A DNA stretch of 63,162 nt, filler included, from Reticulomyxa filosa (GCA_000512085.1; 20 parts of 20 records of this genome joined end to end with filler, not necessarily neighbours in it), one strand, 5' to 3'; counted from the whole stretch's first letter, positions 36,700 to 50,788 are shown. The notes: a model not told the origin generated them from the sequence alone. A program made the numbers and translations.

Positions 36700-37700
36700 C
36701 GGATTATTTAAAAGATATAACCAGAAAAACGAAAAAGAAGTTGTAATGACGAATGCTGGAAATGTGGAGGTCATTGTCATAAACAAAAGGATTGTATTAA
36801 AGACAAAGAATAGAATGAAGTAAACGTGATTGAAGAACAAACTAATAATGATAGAAAACTTGCGAGCTACATACTATCTGTAGTTAGTTTAGACAGTGCA
36901 CTAAAATCACCAGATGGAATGCAAATACAAGTTCAAACAAAGAATTGGGTATAATACATGCATTAGCGGACACTGGAGCTTCAATTTGTGCTATGAAAGA
37001 TTCTATTGCGCAAAAATTTAAAAATCTCATAAAAAAAGATGCCAGCCATTTTTGGTTGCATATGCAGTTGGTATCATTAAATTGATAGAAAAATTAGAAC
37101 TTACTTTAAGTAATCCAAAAAATACATTAGTAAAAATATTTAAAGAAAATTTTTATTTAATTCCAAATTTACCTCACGACTTTCTCTTATCTCGAAGTGT
37201 TTTCCGAAACTTGGCTAAAAATTATCCAAAGATTGGAAAACCAAATGATCAAATTACGATAAAAATACTGAAAAAATTGATCAAAGGAAATCAAAGGCTA
37301 GTAGCAAATATTAGTTTTGATATTGGCAAGTTGAAATGAAAATAAATCTTAAACCAGGCACAAAACCAATAAAACAAAGGCCATATCCACTTAATATCAA
37401 ACACCAAGAAGAAGTCAAAAAACAAGTAAAAGAACTCGAGATTGCTGGCATTATCAGGAAAAGCTCGTCTCAATTTGCAGCTCCTGTGGTATTAGTAAAA
37501 AAAGAAAGGAGGTTCCTTAAGAATGTGTATGGATTACAGAAAATTGAATCAATTCACAATACGAGATGAATGGCCAATACCAAATATAAATGATTTGTTA
37601 AAGAAGTTGTCAGATAAAAGGTATTTTCAAAGCTCGATATTCGATCAGGATATTGTCATGTTCCAATTAGGGAAAGTGATCGCAATAAAACTGCTTTCAT
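36700..37700 (+). mobile_element. Degenerate Ty3/Gypsy LTR retrotransposon (gag Zn knuckle, protease, start of RT)
   Basis: CWKCGGHCHKQKDC (CCHC, 36754-36795); ALADTGASIC; PIKQRPYPL..IIRKSSSQFAAPVVLVKK; MCMDYRKLNQFTIRDEWPIPNI; KLDIRSGY..KTAF. Frameshifted. Confidence 0.93.
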
Positions 37701-37814
37701 NNNNNNNNNNNNNNNNNNNNNNNNNNNNNNNNNNNNNNNNNNNNTTAATTAATTAANNNNNNNNNNNNNNNNNNNNNNNNNNNNNNNNNNNNNNNNNNNN
37801 AAAAAAACAAAAAG

Positions 37815-38557
37815 GTGTTAGGGATCAAACCAAATGTCGGTGGTAGACACTTACAATGGGGAACGCACAATGCCTTATTTTCGCTAGGCCCTGGGACTTA
37901 TTTTGGCAAGTGATGCTCTGTGTTCTTGAAAGAAATTGAAAAGGAAGAGAGAAGAGAAAGAGAAAAATAAATGAACAGTCACACTGTTTACGAACACACA
38001 CATGCATAAAAAAGAGATAATGTCATTGGATCCAAAAGGGACAGCCACCCCTCCAAGTTACTTCCCAGTGACATTTGAAAGTGAAGGATTGAAAACATGG
38101 TGTGCCAAAATGCCAGACGCATATAGTTGAGAAAAATAGAACAAAACTCATGTGTATATGCATTATGTGACGTATACGATGTTTGTGTTGATCAGAATCG
38201 ATGAACACATGGAAAACACATTTGCACGGCCAACAATATGCGTTAGATGAAATAATTGAGGGAAAACGTGGCGACCTAACATTCACTGTTGGGTTCAAAA
38301 GTGCCACGCACAATGAGAATGGATTATTACCATTTTTCATTGATTGGGGCTCTGTTCCAATTTCTCTTCATCCAAGTACCACTTCCACACAAGGTTGCAA
38401 GCTAAAAAAAATCATTGCACAACACCCTAACGCTGACAAAATTAATCACATTTTGAAGCATGTTATCCAATGTAACGACCTTTTTGTTCAACCTGGCCCA
38501 AATAGACGACTTGCCTTACAAGTTGAATGTCACAATGGAACTGTCACTATTCAGTGA
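37815..38557 (+). CDS. Glyoxalase-like VOC protein (Glyoxalase_3 family), 5'-partial, two introns
   Basis: VLGIKPNVGGRHLQWGTHNALFSLGPGTYF|EIMSLDP..LKTWCAK..GLLPFFIDWG..HPS..GCKLKKIIAQHP. Confidence 0.85.
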
Positions 38558-40775
38558 CATTTTTTTACCCTTTTTTAATTAAAATAAGAAAAATATTCAA
38601 CTGAACAATATTAAAAAAAATGCTTGCATATCTTTGAAACTCAACAACGCCGTAACCATTTAATACTAATGTTTAATACATGCTGTTTTGTAAATATGAA
38701 ATGAAAGTGTTGTGATCTCCACAAGAAAAAACTGAAAAAAAATTTAATAAGAAATATGTGTAATTGAATGAAGTCATCTAATGTTGTGTAGGAAATCTGG
38801 AGTAGAAAAGTGAATGTTGTTGGAATAGAGAAGATAAATTTTAAGTAGTTTATACATTGACGTCCAAAAAAAAAGTGAAACTCCGAAAAATCAAGTTATT
38901 AAAAAAGTTATTATTTTTTCTCTTAGTTTACTTAAGTTAAAAGTTTGTAATTTTACATACTATTGAACTTATACTGTTGTTCAATTGACTAAAATTCGAA
39001 AGTTATATCTTTGTTGGTTTAGAGTATGCAGTAGAATGCAAAGTAAAGTTGGCACATAAAACGGCACATTATAGATATTATTGATTTTCTTCATGAAAAA
39101 CAACACATAACTTTTTAAAAATATACAAATAGTGTAGTTTTTAAATATCTTTTGTTTTTTTATTAAATCTTTCCGAGTTATTTCAACATTTCGTTCTTTA
39201 TTTTGTTAGATTAGTATTTGTGTTTTTCAATTATTATTTTTTTTGAAATAGAAAAAATAATAACTTTTTAAATAACCTGATTTTTCATGTTGTTCACTTT
39301 TTTTGGACGCTACTGTATAAAAAGATATATTATCATTATAACACGTTCTGACATATGAGTTATACATAGCTGATGTAATACAGTAGAACAAAAAAGAAAC
39401 CTGACACATAAAACTATACATTATAAAGCTGATTGATTCTATTAATGAAAAAACAACATTTTAGCATAATTGTTTAAAAACTACGAAAGATAAAATAATA
39501 ATTTTTAAAAGTATATGTATGACTTAAAAATTCGTAAAAAAGAAACAAAAAGATTTAAAAATTTCATCTTGGTGATATAAATTTGATTTATATTCATTCA
39601 TACGAAATTTTGAAAATCATATGAAAAAACGTTGATTTTAACGAATATGTGGGGAGTCTACTGTGAAGAGCTACACTAATGTAATACGAAAAGGTTTTAC
39701 TCGAATTAGAGTGACTTTCAGTAAATTAATAATAAATCAAAATGACAAAAGGAAAGTAAGAAAAGCAAGGAAGTAAGAAGTAGTTGGTTGATGAAGTTTA
39801 GCATACTGGGGATTCCTCAGTTCCATTTGTGTTCAAGTATTTATAGTAGGGACTTGTCCTACATGTATATAAAAGTTATTGTAAAACCAATTTCATATCT
39901 AAAAACTACGCTTATGCAATTTATGTATGCTAATTTTTTGGTCATATAATGTAGTTGCAAATATTTGGCTTTTTATCATATCTTTCATAATTTTAATATT
40001 GTTATTTATGATAACTTTTTTGATTTAAATTTTTTGAAAATGTTTCGTGTTTTTAAGTGTTAACTTTCTTTTGAATTCTACTTTATATTATGTATGCACA
40101 TATTGTATCTATTAATATTTTTTGTAAGCAATACCAAACAATTTCTTTTTTTAGAAAGCGATGTATAGTTAATCAAATATGTTGTGTCCAGAAAGTGATA
40201 GAGTAAATGTTTATTTGTTAAAATTAAACTAGATTGTCATTAGAATATTATTCACCAACCAGTTTCACAAACTTACGTTACTAAGTTTGTGTCATAACAA
40301 CATTCGTCGTTACTGTTTGTACGTAATAAAAAAACTGCTACTGTTTTCCAATGAGTACACTTATTCCATTGATTCAAATGGACATTCGACTGCTATATCC
40401 AACATCGCCAAAAGTACTTCGTTTTTTTTTGAAAAAGGGGTATGACTTACTCACAATCTTCAGTACACAAGAGCAGACCGTCACAACTGATAATACTGAC
40501 CATTTCCACTCTTTTAATTAGCTCTTGTTTTATTTTTAAAAAATAGACTATTAGGAAGGCAACGTCTTTCAATAAAGTTTTATTTTTTTGTTGATGTTGA
40601 AAGCGTGATAGCTAATATTATAGTCAGTTTTTAAAGTGGTCCACATAATTTCATTCTCACTCTTTGTTGAAACTTGCCAGAATTTTTATAAATAAATTGT
40701 TTTACCGGCCTGATCTGAAAACTTTACTTGAAAAGGACCGTCAAGGAAGAAAATTGAAACTCACGCCCTGAAATC

Positions 40776-42211
40776 ATGGATTTTGGAATCTCGTTATTTG
40801 CCTTTTTTGTGAGCATTGTACAGATTATATTGTATTGTTGTTGCATGTATTGGCTGTATAAATTTTCCAAACTTCGGTGGAATTTCATGATGAGAAAAAG
40901 GTACGCGCAAGTATCAATGATAACGAGTATGTGTTGGGGACATACAATATTGAATGGAGCAATAACGACATTGCGTTATTCGTTCGTATTGCCCGACAAA
41001 GATAGAGTATATAATAATTTTGTGCACTACCTGTTGATTTGGGGTGGTTTGTGTGCCTTATTTGCACGAGTGTGGCTGGTAAAAGCACTTAATTGAATTA
41101 CATAAAGACACATGTGTCTATGTAGCATGTGTATATGTAACATGTGTATATGCGTATGTATAGATGAATATATATGGATATATTTGTGTTGGAACATAGG
41201 TATTCTACGATATCAAATGGACCAATTCGAACAAGAGGTGTGACTGGCAAGTGCAATTGAACCCAAAGATGAGTTCGAAAGATTGGTTTGTGCGTCACAA
41301 AAGAACCTACGGAAATGAAACCTGGATAAAATATAGACTTTTAGGATATTTTGCATTTTCTATATTGTTGATCGCTCTGACGCTTACCATTCAGTTAGCA
41401 CATTACATTTACATATATGTATATGTGTGTATATATGCATATATGTATGTATATATATGTATATATATGTATATATATGTATATATATATGTATGTATAT
41501 GTTTGTATATGTATGTATATGTTTGTATATAGGTATGCTTCTGGAACTGCCGTGCCGGTGATATCGATATTTTTGGTAACGTTTTTTGCGCCATTATTTG
41601 TGGTTCTGGTAACGATCTACGTGCGAACACCACGATTTCTGGACATGCTGTTTGTGCGGAATGAGCTGCGGTACATAATGAAAACGATGACTAGCTATAG
41701 TGTGATGTATTCGTTGTTTGTCGGTGCACTGTACGTGTGTGCGGTGCGAGATAAGGGATCGTACAGACACCGCGATTTACCCATTTTGGCGTGCCTAATG
41801 TACTTGTGCTTGTCGGGCCATATGACCGTGGTGATATTGGTCCATTCGGTATACGTAGAAAGAAAGATGAGCATTTACTTTGCATCCCATATCCATCACG
41901 TGAACGACAACGACGACGACCAAGTGACGATGACGATGACGATGACGACACAAAGTAATCCGTCAATGGGAATGCATTCCACTATGACCGGCGCTGTTGT
42001 GGACCACTCCATTACGGAGAAGAGCAAAGACCAAAGCCATTTGCAAACCCCGTTGGTATTGTTGATCGATGACAAGCACGAGACAACAAATACAAATATA
42101 AATATAAATACAAATATAAATACAAATACAAATATAAATACCAATACCAATACCAATATCAATACCACTGTTACGACAAATGCAGCTACAATTGCAACTA
42201 CAGCTGCAACT
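40776..42211 (+). CDS. Seven-TM protein of the 7TM-RGS (AtRGS1-like) type, 3'-partial
   Basis: Multiple TM segments with MMRKRY after TM1, ARVWL|VFYDIKW and FLDMLFVRNEL (D-x-F/L-x-I/V-R-x-E-L). The expected RGS box would lie beyond the contig end, so it is inferred only. Confidence 0.6.
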
Positions 42212-42709
42212 NNNNNNNNNNNNNNNNNNNNNNNNNNNNNNNNNNNNNNNNNNNNTTAATTAATTAANNNNNNNNNNNNNNNNNNNNNNNNNNNNNNNNN
42301 NNNNNNNNNNNTCGTTGAGTTGTTTCCATTTGTTATGTTTTTTTTGAAGATTCGCGCTACCAAGGATAATCACTGATTACCAGGAAAATACACAAATACA
42401 CATACGCACACCTTTTTCAAAATTCTTCCAGTCAAAGCAAAATAGTTTTCTGTCAAATCTTTTTGACATTTTTTCAACACTATCTTTTCTTTTTCTTTTT
42501 CAATTTCTTTGTTATCATTCTACGACATTGGTGAGAGGCTTTATTTTTTTTTTTTTTTGATAAAACGCGTGTAATAAACTTGCAACTTTACTTTTGTTTA
42601 CTTGGTTTTATTACAGAAACAAGCTAAGAAGAAAAAAGATGAACTTGAATTGTTGCCTTATTTTGTCAGTTGTCACTGGCTAAAATAATTTTATGATCAA
42701 TTATAAACA

Positions 42710-42759
42710 GACCAGATCCCTTTTTGTTCTAGACCAGATCCCTTTTTGTTCTTGACCAG
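42710..42759. repeat. 22-bp tandem repeat, about 2.3 copies
   Basis: GACCAGATCCCTTTTTGTTCT(A/T) twice, then GACCAG. Confidence 0.85.
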
Positions 42760-43797
42760 CAGTAGCGCTTTTTTCAAGTATAAAGTTTTCTCGAATTTAC
42801 ACAAGTGTGAATGTGGAAACTTTGTCCAACAAAAAAATTCCGACAAGCCAAAAAACAATGTGCTTTAGATGTTACCCTTCGTAAAGCTAATATTCAATCA
42901 TTGAAGAAAACTTTTAGGGATATTGATAATATGGCAATGCTTATTTCGGTAACATTCTAAAAGGATTTGTCGATGATTTCAATGAACTTGTCTCTACTCT
43001 GTTTTCATAATTACTTTCACTTTTTATGAAATTTGCTAACAAATGTCTATCAAATATCTGTCCAAATAAGTTTTGGATGACAAAACATCAAGTAATACAA
43101 CAAATACTTATCAAAAAGTATATTAAGAGATCATGCTAAGAACAAAACATTACATTAAATTTATCACAGTAACGTACTTTTTTGTTGTACGCGTAAAGTT
43201 TTACAAGTGATTATAATATTTTTTTGTATGATGTACAGTTCTACTAAAATAGGGCTTGATACACACAAATTTTATTGTTAGAACTAAAAGTAAAAACCTG
43301 TAAAATTATTTCAATAACGCTAATTGTGCACATGTCAATGGAATCGATATCATAGTGAGTCCGATCCAAATCTGTTTTATTCTTTTTCCACAATTTTAAC
43401 AGTTTCTGCCATAGTATTGTTGAACGCACAAAAAGGAAGGAAAAATTGCTTTTGCTTTATATTCCGTTTCTCATAATTTCTTTTTCCTAAATAATTTTTA
43501 CAAAAATACAAATATTTGTCAGCCTATTTATTAAAAATGCAACAAATGTTATGTTTTCTTTTTTAATCTTTGCAAGAAGCTTTGAGTTTGAACTAATGTT
43601 TACTTTGTAGAAATCATGAAAAATATAACCTCATAGATTGTAGTCGATATACTTTTTATAAAGATGTATGTTTTGAAAAAAAATTTGAACCAATGTAAAT
43701 TCTTGGCATAATTTTAAGAGGAAACAATTTTTTGAAACATGATCAAAACAAAAGATTTATATTGTAACCAAAAGCAATTACTTGATTAAAGTATAAA

Positions 43798-45420
43798 TTA
43801 TTTCTGTTGCTGATACCCCATCTTCGACTCAGTGGCATCCAGAACAAAACTAGTTTTGAGTTTTTTATCATAGTAATGTAATGTGACAGGCTCCCAGTGC
43901 TTGGTTGACATAATATCGGCATGTTTTTCGACAGGGACGTTGGCCAATCGTTTTGTGCGAATGTCCACGACAATATCAACCATTTCCTCGAGCAGGTCTT
44001 CCATTATTCGTTTGACGGTGGGTGTTCCGGTCAAAGACAATAAGGGTTGTCGGTTGTACTTGAGAACCCAGGGTTGTCCATATTTGTCAGAGAGTATATC
44101 TCTGCCCCAGAATGCAAATTGTCCTGACCTGCCTAGCTCGATCGTCTTTGCATTGAATTGTTGGACGACACTTTCCAAAGACATCCCTGCAAGGCGCTTT
44201 AGCTTTTCGCGAACCAACTCATCGCACTGTTCCAGTGTCAGCTGTATACATATTACGCGTGACAAATACAACCAAGCCGATCCCCATTTCCAATACAAAT
44301 GAATGTAACATATACACATATACAAATGTATATATGCATGCACAAACATTGTCGCGATCATAGTGTTCAAATCACTGATCTGGAAAGTGCTCTTTGGAAT
44401 GTTCGTACAGCCAAGTCATAAACTCGGGCTAATTGAAAACAATGTCATTGCCACCGACGATATACTGTTTCAAATCAAACTCGGTGTGAAGTTTTTGGCA
44501 TGACGATTTTGGTAATGTACCCAAAGCTTTGTTCTAAAAGCTCTCCAGTGATCGCATTGAATTGGAATCGCTTCAGCAGGTCTTGCAAATGATATTCCAC
44601 CACGCTTACGCGAATCTTATCCACATGAAAGTACATCACGCATGGGTTCGTGTTTTCGCAATCAGTATATACACTTTTAAATCATTTTTGAACTTATTTT
44701 TGTAGATCAATGGGTATCTTGCAAATACACATCAAACACGTATTTACGTGTTATCATCATTCATTACAGATCAATTTTTTTTTAAAAGATACAAATTGTA
44801 AAATCCAAAATCAAACTTGATATATTTGGAAACAACCAGCGTCATTTCCATTTCTCTTTGTGCGGGATAATCCAACCACGCATAAAGGTTGATTCGTTCC
44901 AACAAAAAGTCTTACAGCTCGTCCAAGTTGTTTCCTAAATATAAGTATACGTTCTTCCCTTGAAAACCATAAGAAGACTTACAAATCCATGGCATTACTT
45001 TTTTTTTTTATTTCGTTGTTTATTTGATAACGAGAGAAAGTGATTATTTTGAATTTTTTTTTTTTTTTCAAAGTACGCATACATTGATCGACTTTGGTTG
45101 AAAGAATGTCTTTGATAAAGTTAGGATCGTTAAATATAAATTTATGATTTTCGTAATCAAAACTAATGACATATGACTTTGGAATAACTTGCTCATACAC
45201 TTGGTTGATGTTATCTCTGTAGTACGTCAAAAACGTCCTTATCATCATATCTTTGTCACAGAGTAAACATTGTTTGTAAATGTGTTAATGAATTTGTCGT
45301 CGTATTTCCATTGATTGTTCACAAAAAAATACCACGTTCGGACTTGGCATTTCACTCAAGTGAATTCGATGCAATCCGTATTTATTCACTGCACATTTGC
45401 GAATATGTATTCTTCCCATC
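43798..45420 (-). pseudogene. Tubulin-tyrosine-ligase-like (TTLL) pseudogene
   Basis: YPLIYKNKFKNDLKVYILIAKT resembles PLLxxxxKFDLRVY, and GQFAFWGRDILSDKYGQPWVLKYNRQP resembles FxxFGxDxxxDxxxxPWLLEVNxxP. Frameshifts and stops lie between them. Confidence 0.75.
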
Positions 45421-45965
45421 ACCCGAGAGCATTGATCGGGATCACCAACAAACACGTTCTTGGCCAGATTGAAATTTAGGCAAAGTCGACGAAAAACTAC
45501 CCGAAGTTAGTGAAGGAGAGAGTGATGGAAGGGCTGAAGCTAACACGGGCAATGGTGTGGTCATGTTGGCAGCTTTACACTATGCAGTTTTTTTTTCGCT
45601 CCCCCTTGAAAGGTCGTTCAAGAGTTGTTCGAAACTCAAGTAACGATAAAATTTTCGTACATATTAAAAAAAAAATTGAATTGACTAAAACAAGAGATAA
45701 TTACAGAACAGAAGTGATATCGTTACTAATTTTTTTCAGAAGAATACATTTCTGTCATATGCTTACCAAACATATTATTTTTATCATTACAGTTTTGAAG
45801 GAGAATCCGCAGTTAAAGGGTTTTTCTGGTTTTTGCAATAATTTTTTTAAACCGAACATGTTGAGCCAAATCAGACGTGTCCATTGCCAAATCTGGAACT
45901 GAATATTGTTTTTTCCTCTCCAAATCAGGTTTTTGAACTGAACAACCACCGAAACGGGGCGTTGT

Positions 45966-46229
45966 GTGTCTTTCGTACGGTTGCCTAACATTCCAAGAGG
46001 ACAGAATACTTCTAGGCATGCGAAAAGTGGGTTTACACTAACAAAATTTGAGCGGGAGATAGTTGTTGAACACTTGGCAAGATCGGTGGGCTATACTTTT
46101 TTTCCTACCGACTTAGTGCGACTATGTGTCCACTTTGGGTACACAATATATCCGTCCCGATTTGACTTTGTTGTGTTGGACGATTCCTACCAATGTATGT
46201 CCATCCTAAAGCAAGGGACATCTTTTGTG
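45966..46229 (+). CDS. Hypothetical protein, partial
   Basis: Coding-like ORF open to the contig end (EIVVEHLARS..FPTDLVRLCVHF); no family assigned. Confidence 0.35.
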
Positions 46230-49153
46230 NNNNNNNNNNNNNNNNNNNNNNNNNNNNNNNNNNNNNNNNNNNNTTAATTAATTAANNNNNNNNNNNNNNN
46301 NNNNNNNNNNNNNNNNNNNNNNNNNNNNNAATAAAATTTGTGATAGTGTTAAAGTCAACAGCGTTTTCCTTCTTTTTTTATAATTATGGTTGTGTTTAAC
46401 TTGAAATATAACCAAAAAAAGAAAAACTTACTAATATTTGAAAAATAAAAGAGCACTTTCATGTGTCAATTTGATTACGTGCCAGAATATCTACACTTTA
46501 AAGTAGATCACTTAATTTAGAATAGCACTTTTTTCGTTACATTTAGTCCTTCAAAGCAGGTTGTTATTATTTGCGTTTTAAAGTAGTAAATTATATCGTT
46601 ACATTTATATAATTTTGTTCAATTACTAATTCCGTGATATAATTTAAAATCTAAGTTTATGCTGTGTTGCAGAAAGCTCAAAACAGAAAAGAATTAAGAA
46701 AATAGTTTTTGTGTTTCAGACAGTCTCATTCCATACATTTCTGATGGAATTTTGATAACTTGAATTGTTGTATCTTTTTGATAAAAGTTAATATGTGGAA
46801 CAAAAGGTATGTGATTATATTTATTGAAATTGGTGGAATTTCTTAGTTTGTATTCCTTTCCTTCACCATTTTCTGTTACCTCTTTCCATTTCAATTCTTT
46901 TGTTTCCATATTCACATACCTGTCAAATCGAGTGTGAACAATTGTCCAAGGAAAACATTCAAATCAACGAATGTGAGTTTTTAAAGAATTTCAAAGAAGT
47001 TTTTCATAACTTTTTTTGGAAAAAGTATTTGTGATTTTCGTTTGTGTTATTAATAATAATAATTTTTTTTAAAACAGCAAGACGACATCGGTGAAGCAGC
47101 ATTGTCGGAAGAACAAGTGACATCGTTCTGCAAGTGTACAAAACAATAATACGACAATTCGCAGCTTGCGAAGCGAAAATGAGAAGCTGACGAAAGAGCT
47201 TGTCCATTTCTATGGATATTGTCTCATTTGTGTACCAATGCGACCAGATACCAGTCATGCCAACATCAATTGAATTTATATACATTACGACCTGGGCACC
47301 AGTGCGCAAACAAAAGTACTCGAAATCATCAATTCACTGAACGACAACTCTTGAACAAAGACTTTATTTAAAATAAACTTTTACTTTCTAATTTGTTTTA
47401 ATTCAATGTTATGTATGTACATAAATATATACTTTTTTAATCAACGAATAACATACATAATATTGTTATGATCAAGTGGAACAAGACAATTAACAATTGA
47501 TTGTTTACAAAATCGTCGTTGTCTGAAACAGCAAGCACATTTTGTTCGACGAAGTATATATCGTAAAACGAATCTTTGCGCAAACATAAAACAAGTTTCA
47601 AGACTTGCTAAATGAACTAACATAGCAGCTGCAACTGCATCAGTCATGAAAATTATACAGCAAAAACATATTGATTTAATCAACAGTTTTTCCATGTAAC
47701 AAAAGAAAAGTGTCAATATACTTGGAGTAGTTATTATATATTATGATCAGTTATAAATTATAATGCTGCATTGAAAATCTTCGTTACAAAGTCCAATAAG
47801 TTTACATTTAAATAAAATGAAACTTTTCAAATTTAATTATATTTATATTAACCCAAATGCATAATGATATAAAATGAAGTTTTCAACTTGATTTGTTAGA
47901 TTTAAGCAACTAGTTTTATATTATTACTTTGGAAAAAACTGCGCGAATTGAAATAATTTGAATGGTGATTATGAGCTTGTATTTTTTCACAATAATCTTA
48001 ACTCGAATGTTAATAACAACAAATAAGCCAACGACTCAACATTTCAATATTGCAATTGACACAAATTGCAATTTCAGAAGTAATAACAAGTTGTTCTAAT
48101 GTATCATCACCAAGCGATTTGCATACATTCAAAGCTTGCGGCTGTAACATCTTTGCATAGTTTAGTATAAATAAATAATTGGTTATTTTAAAAAATGTTG
48201 AATGAAACTCTCGGTGGTAACTTAATGTAAAGCACGCACCGATATTATTGTCTGTGTGTCATAATCCCATGCAATGCCCTGGTAGAGATGCCAGTGTGGT
48301 ACTGTGAATATTGCATACAGTAAACTTGCATATTATGATTTACATGTTAGCTTCAACTATTATGTTGTAGCTACTACGATTGTTGCAATATACACTGCCT
48401 CTGTATGATCACATGTCCTTTGGTGCATGTTTTGCTCTAATGTATACGTTGGCTGGTGCCATAAATTGTGTGGTTTGCACATGCAATTGTCTCTGCAGTG
48501 ATGCGGGTTCGAATCCAGCAGCCATCTATACAATCTTTTTTTTTAAAAGCAATATTTGAATAGTTTTTGATATATTCACTGTTCGCGAACATGTGAGAAA
48601 CGCTGATGACTGATGAAATTCCTTGATCTAACTCTCGCAAAGTTTTCTTTTAAAAGAACATAGAAATGTTGAATTCTTTCAAGTTATCATGGCCACACTT
48701 GAATTTGTTTTGTTGAAAAATATTTGTTGATTGTCATAATACCAAAATTGTTGAATATATTGACGTTTTGATGTATAAATTTTTTATTTATTTTGTGGCA
48801 AGCAAAAAAATCAGTTGATTGCACTGATCCAATTAAAATTTTATGTGTGCTCATTCTTTTGTGGGCCTTGCTCAAAGTTTTCATTAATTTGTTGTTGGAT
48901 TGTGCACACAAGTTAACAATAGTTGGGAACAAAGGCTACACAAAAAAAAGATTTGACTCCGCAAGGAAAAATACATTGATGTTCACAACAAGTTTATTTT
49001 GTTCTGGTTTTCGTTGTAAAGAAGGGAGGAAGGAAAAAAACTCAATGGCCTCACAAACGAAATAAAGGCGATTCAGGAGGACCAGTTTGTTGCAAGCACT
49101 AGTATAGTATGAGGACTGGAGAGAAAAAAAAAGGAAATAAAACAAAAGTAAAA

Positions 49154-50788
49154 TTAAATGACTCCTTGTCGTTTTAATTGTTCGAAAGTGCATTTATTGA
49201 AGACGTTGCCGTCATTGTCCTCAAATTCCTCTTCTTCAGAGGGATTCCATGACAATTGTACTTTTTCTCGTTTGAGTTTATCACACAGAGCTTTGGCATC
49301 CTCACGTTCAGTGATCATGTGATAATCCTTTGTGTTAGGTATGCCCAATTTCCTCATGTTATGTGCATGGCGCCATTCACGAAAATGTCTTTCAAAAGCC
49401 CTAGGACCACGATATTCCACTCCTCCACAAACATTGCAGCGAAAGGATCTATTCAACTGACGAAATTTGAAGAGCCAATAAGGGATGGGTTTGCCATCAA
49501 AATCCAAAGGGACATTTTTGGGATTTAAGTTTTCGATGGCATCTTCATCGTTTTCTGGGAATTCCATGGTTTCGGTAATGATCTGTTCATTGGTACTTTC
49601 GAACATTTCCCTGCGAATTTCGGCGTATGTCATCGTCTGTTTTTTGTCAAGGTAGTCTCGCGTCGCATTGATATTGTCCTCCAAAAGCTCCGCAAACAGC
49701 TGCACCTTAGTTTCCAACAGTGCTATCGGCTTTTTGTCCACACACTTTTTCGACAACATGTGATACTTCAACACATTTGCATTGTCAAAGGCTCTATCGC
49801 ACATGAAGCAGAAAGCTTTGGGTTCTTTTTCTTTTTCACTTTCTTTTTCTTTGCCATTGGTATTATTCGCATTTATATTTGTATTTATATTTGTATCTGC
49901 ATTTGCATTTGCATTTGCATTTGCATTTATATTCGCATTTGCATTTGTATTTGCATTTGCATTTGCATTGCCTCCGGTATTTTTTTTATTCACTTTTTTT
50001 TTTTCGACCGATGTGATGCCAACCGACATTGTTGCATTTGCGGCAGAGTCGGATCCATTACCACCGCCATCAACGCCACCTTTTTCGACATTTTCATTTG
50101 CGGACAAAGCGGCAACGGGCAACTCGTTGGTCCACTTTTTCTTGGTATCCTCCGTCCAAGGTCGTTGCCATCCCTCCACTTTTCTTTCTTTCCATTTCTG
50201 CTCGAAAATCTCCTCGCATTTCGACAAGATCTTGTCCGTTGGTGCCAAAGGCCGGGTGCGTTTGAAAAATGAGACCAAGTAATCCAACACTTTTTCATAA
50301 AATCTTTACCCATTTTTTTTTAAATTTTTAAAAAATTAAAAAAAAAAAAAAAATGGGTAGAGATAATAAATAATGTTTATTGAAAAAATTCCAAACTGTT
50401 GGTATGGCTTTGCTTTTTTGCTATTGGAGATGCGCCAAAACTCTTGGAAGCGAAACAAAAATGTTTTGTAATCCAAAGGGACTGTTTCTTCGACAATGCG
50501 CTCGACCATTTTGACGTTGCCAATGTTGCGGGCAATCTCGTAGGGCGTGCACTTGGCCAACTCGATCGGGTCGGGTTCCATCACTTGGATCTTGCGCTTC
50601 ATCATACTCACGCCTCGGAATACTGCCAAGTTTATGTACTGTGTGTACAATCCATTCATGTCAACGTACCGACCATGCCATTCTTCTCCGGTGAATTCGA
50701 CCTCGGCTAATTTCATATGTTTTTTTTTTTTTTTTTTTTTTTTTTGTGGTGTTTTGTCAGTTCTTTTTCTTTTCAATTTTGCACCCCC

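Noticed and set aside
19819-37700. Apparent gene cluster or defence island (SecA-like NTPase, WD40, JmjC, Gypsy)
   Set aside because: These genes are on different contigs separated by linkers, so adjacency is arbitrary.
41394-41532. YIYVYV-type peptides in several overlapping ORFs
   Set aside because: Translations of (TA/TG)n intron microsatellites, not protein.
42710-42759. Direct repeats as a mini CRISPR array
   Set aside because: Head-to-tail duplication with no spacers, in a eukaryotic context.
46330-49100. Scattered short ORFs on the left part of this contig
   Set aside because: May be decayed gene fragments, but no family motif could be identified.
49760-50282. Antisense ORFs with ICICIC or AFAFAF repeats, and similar shadow ORFs opposite the GT61, SPX-EXS and SecA-like genes
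   Set aside because: Reverse-frame shadows of real coding sequence.
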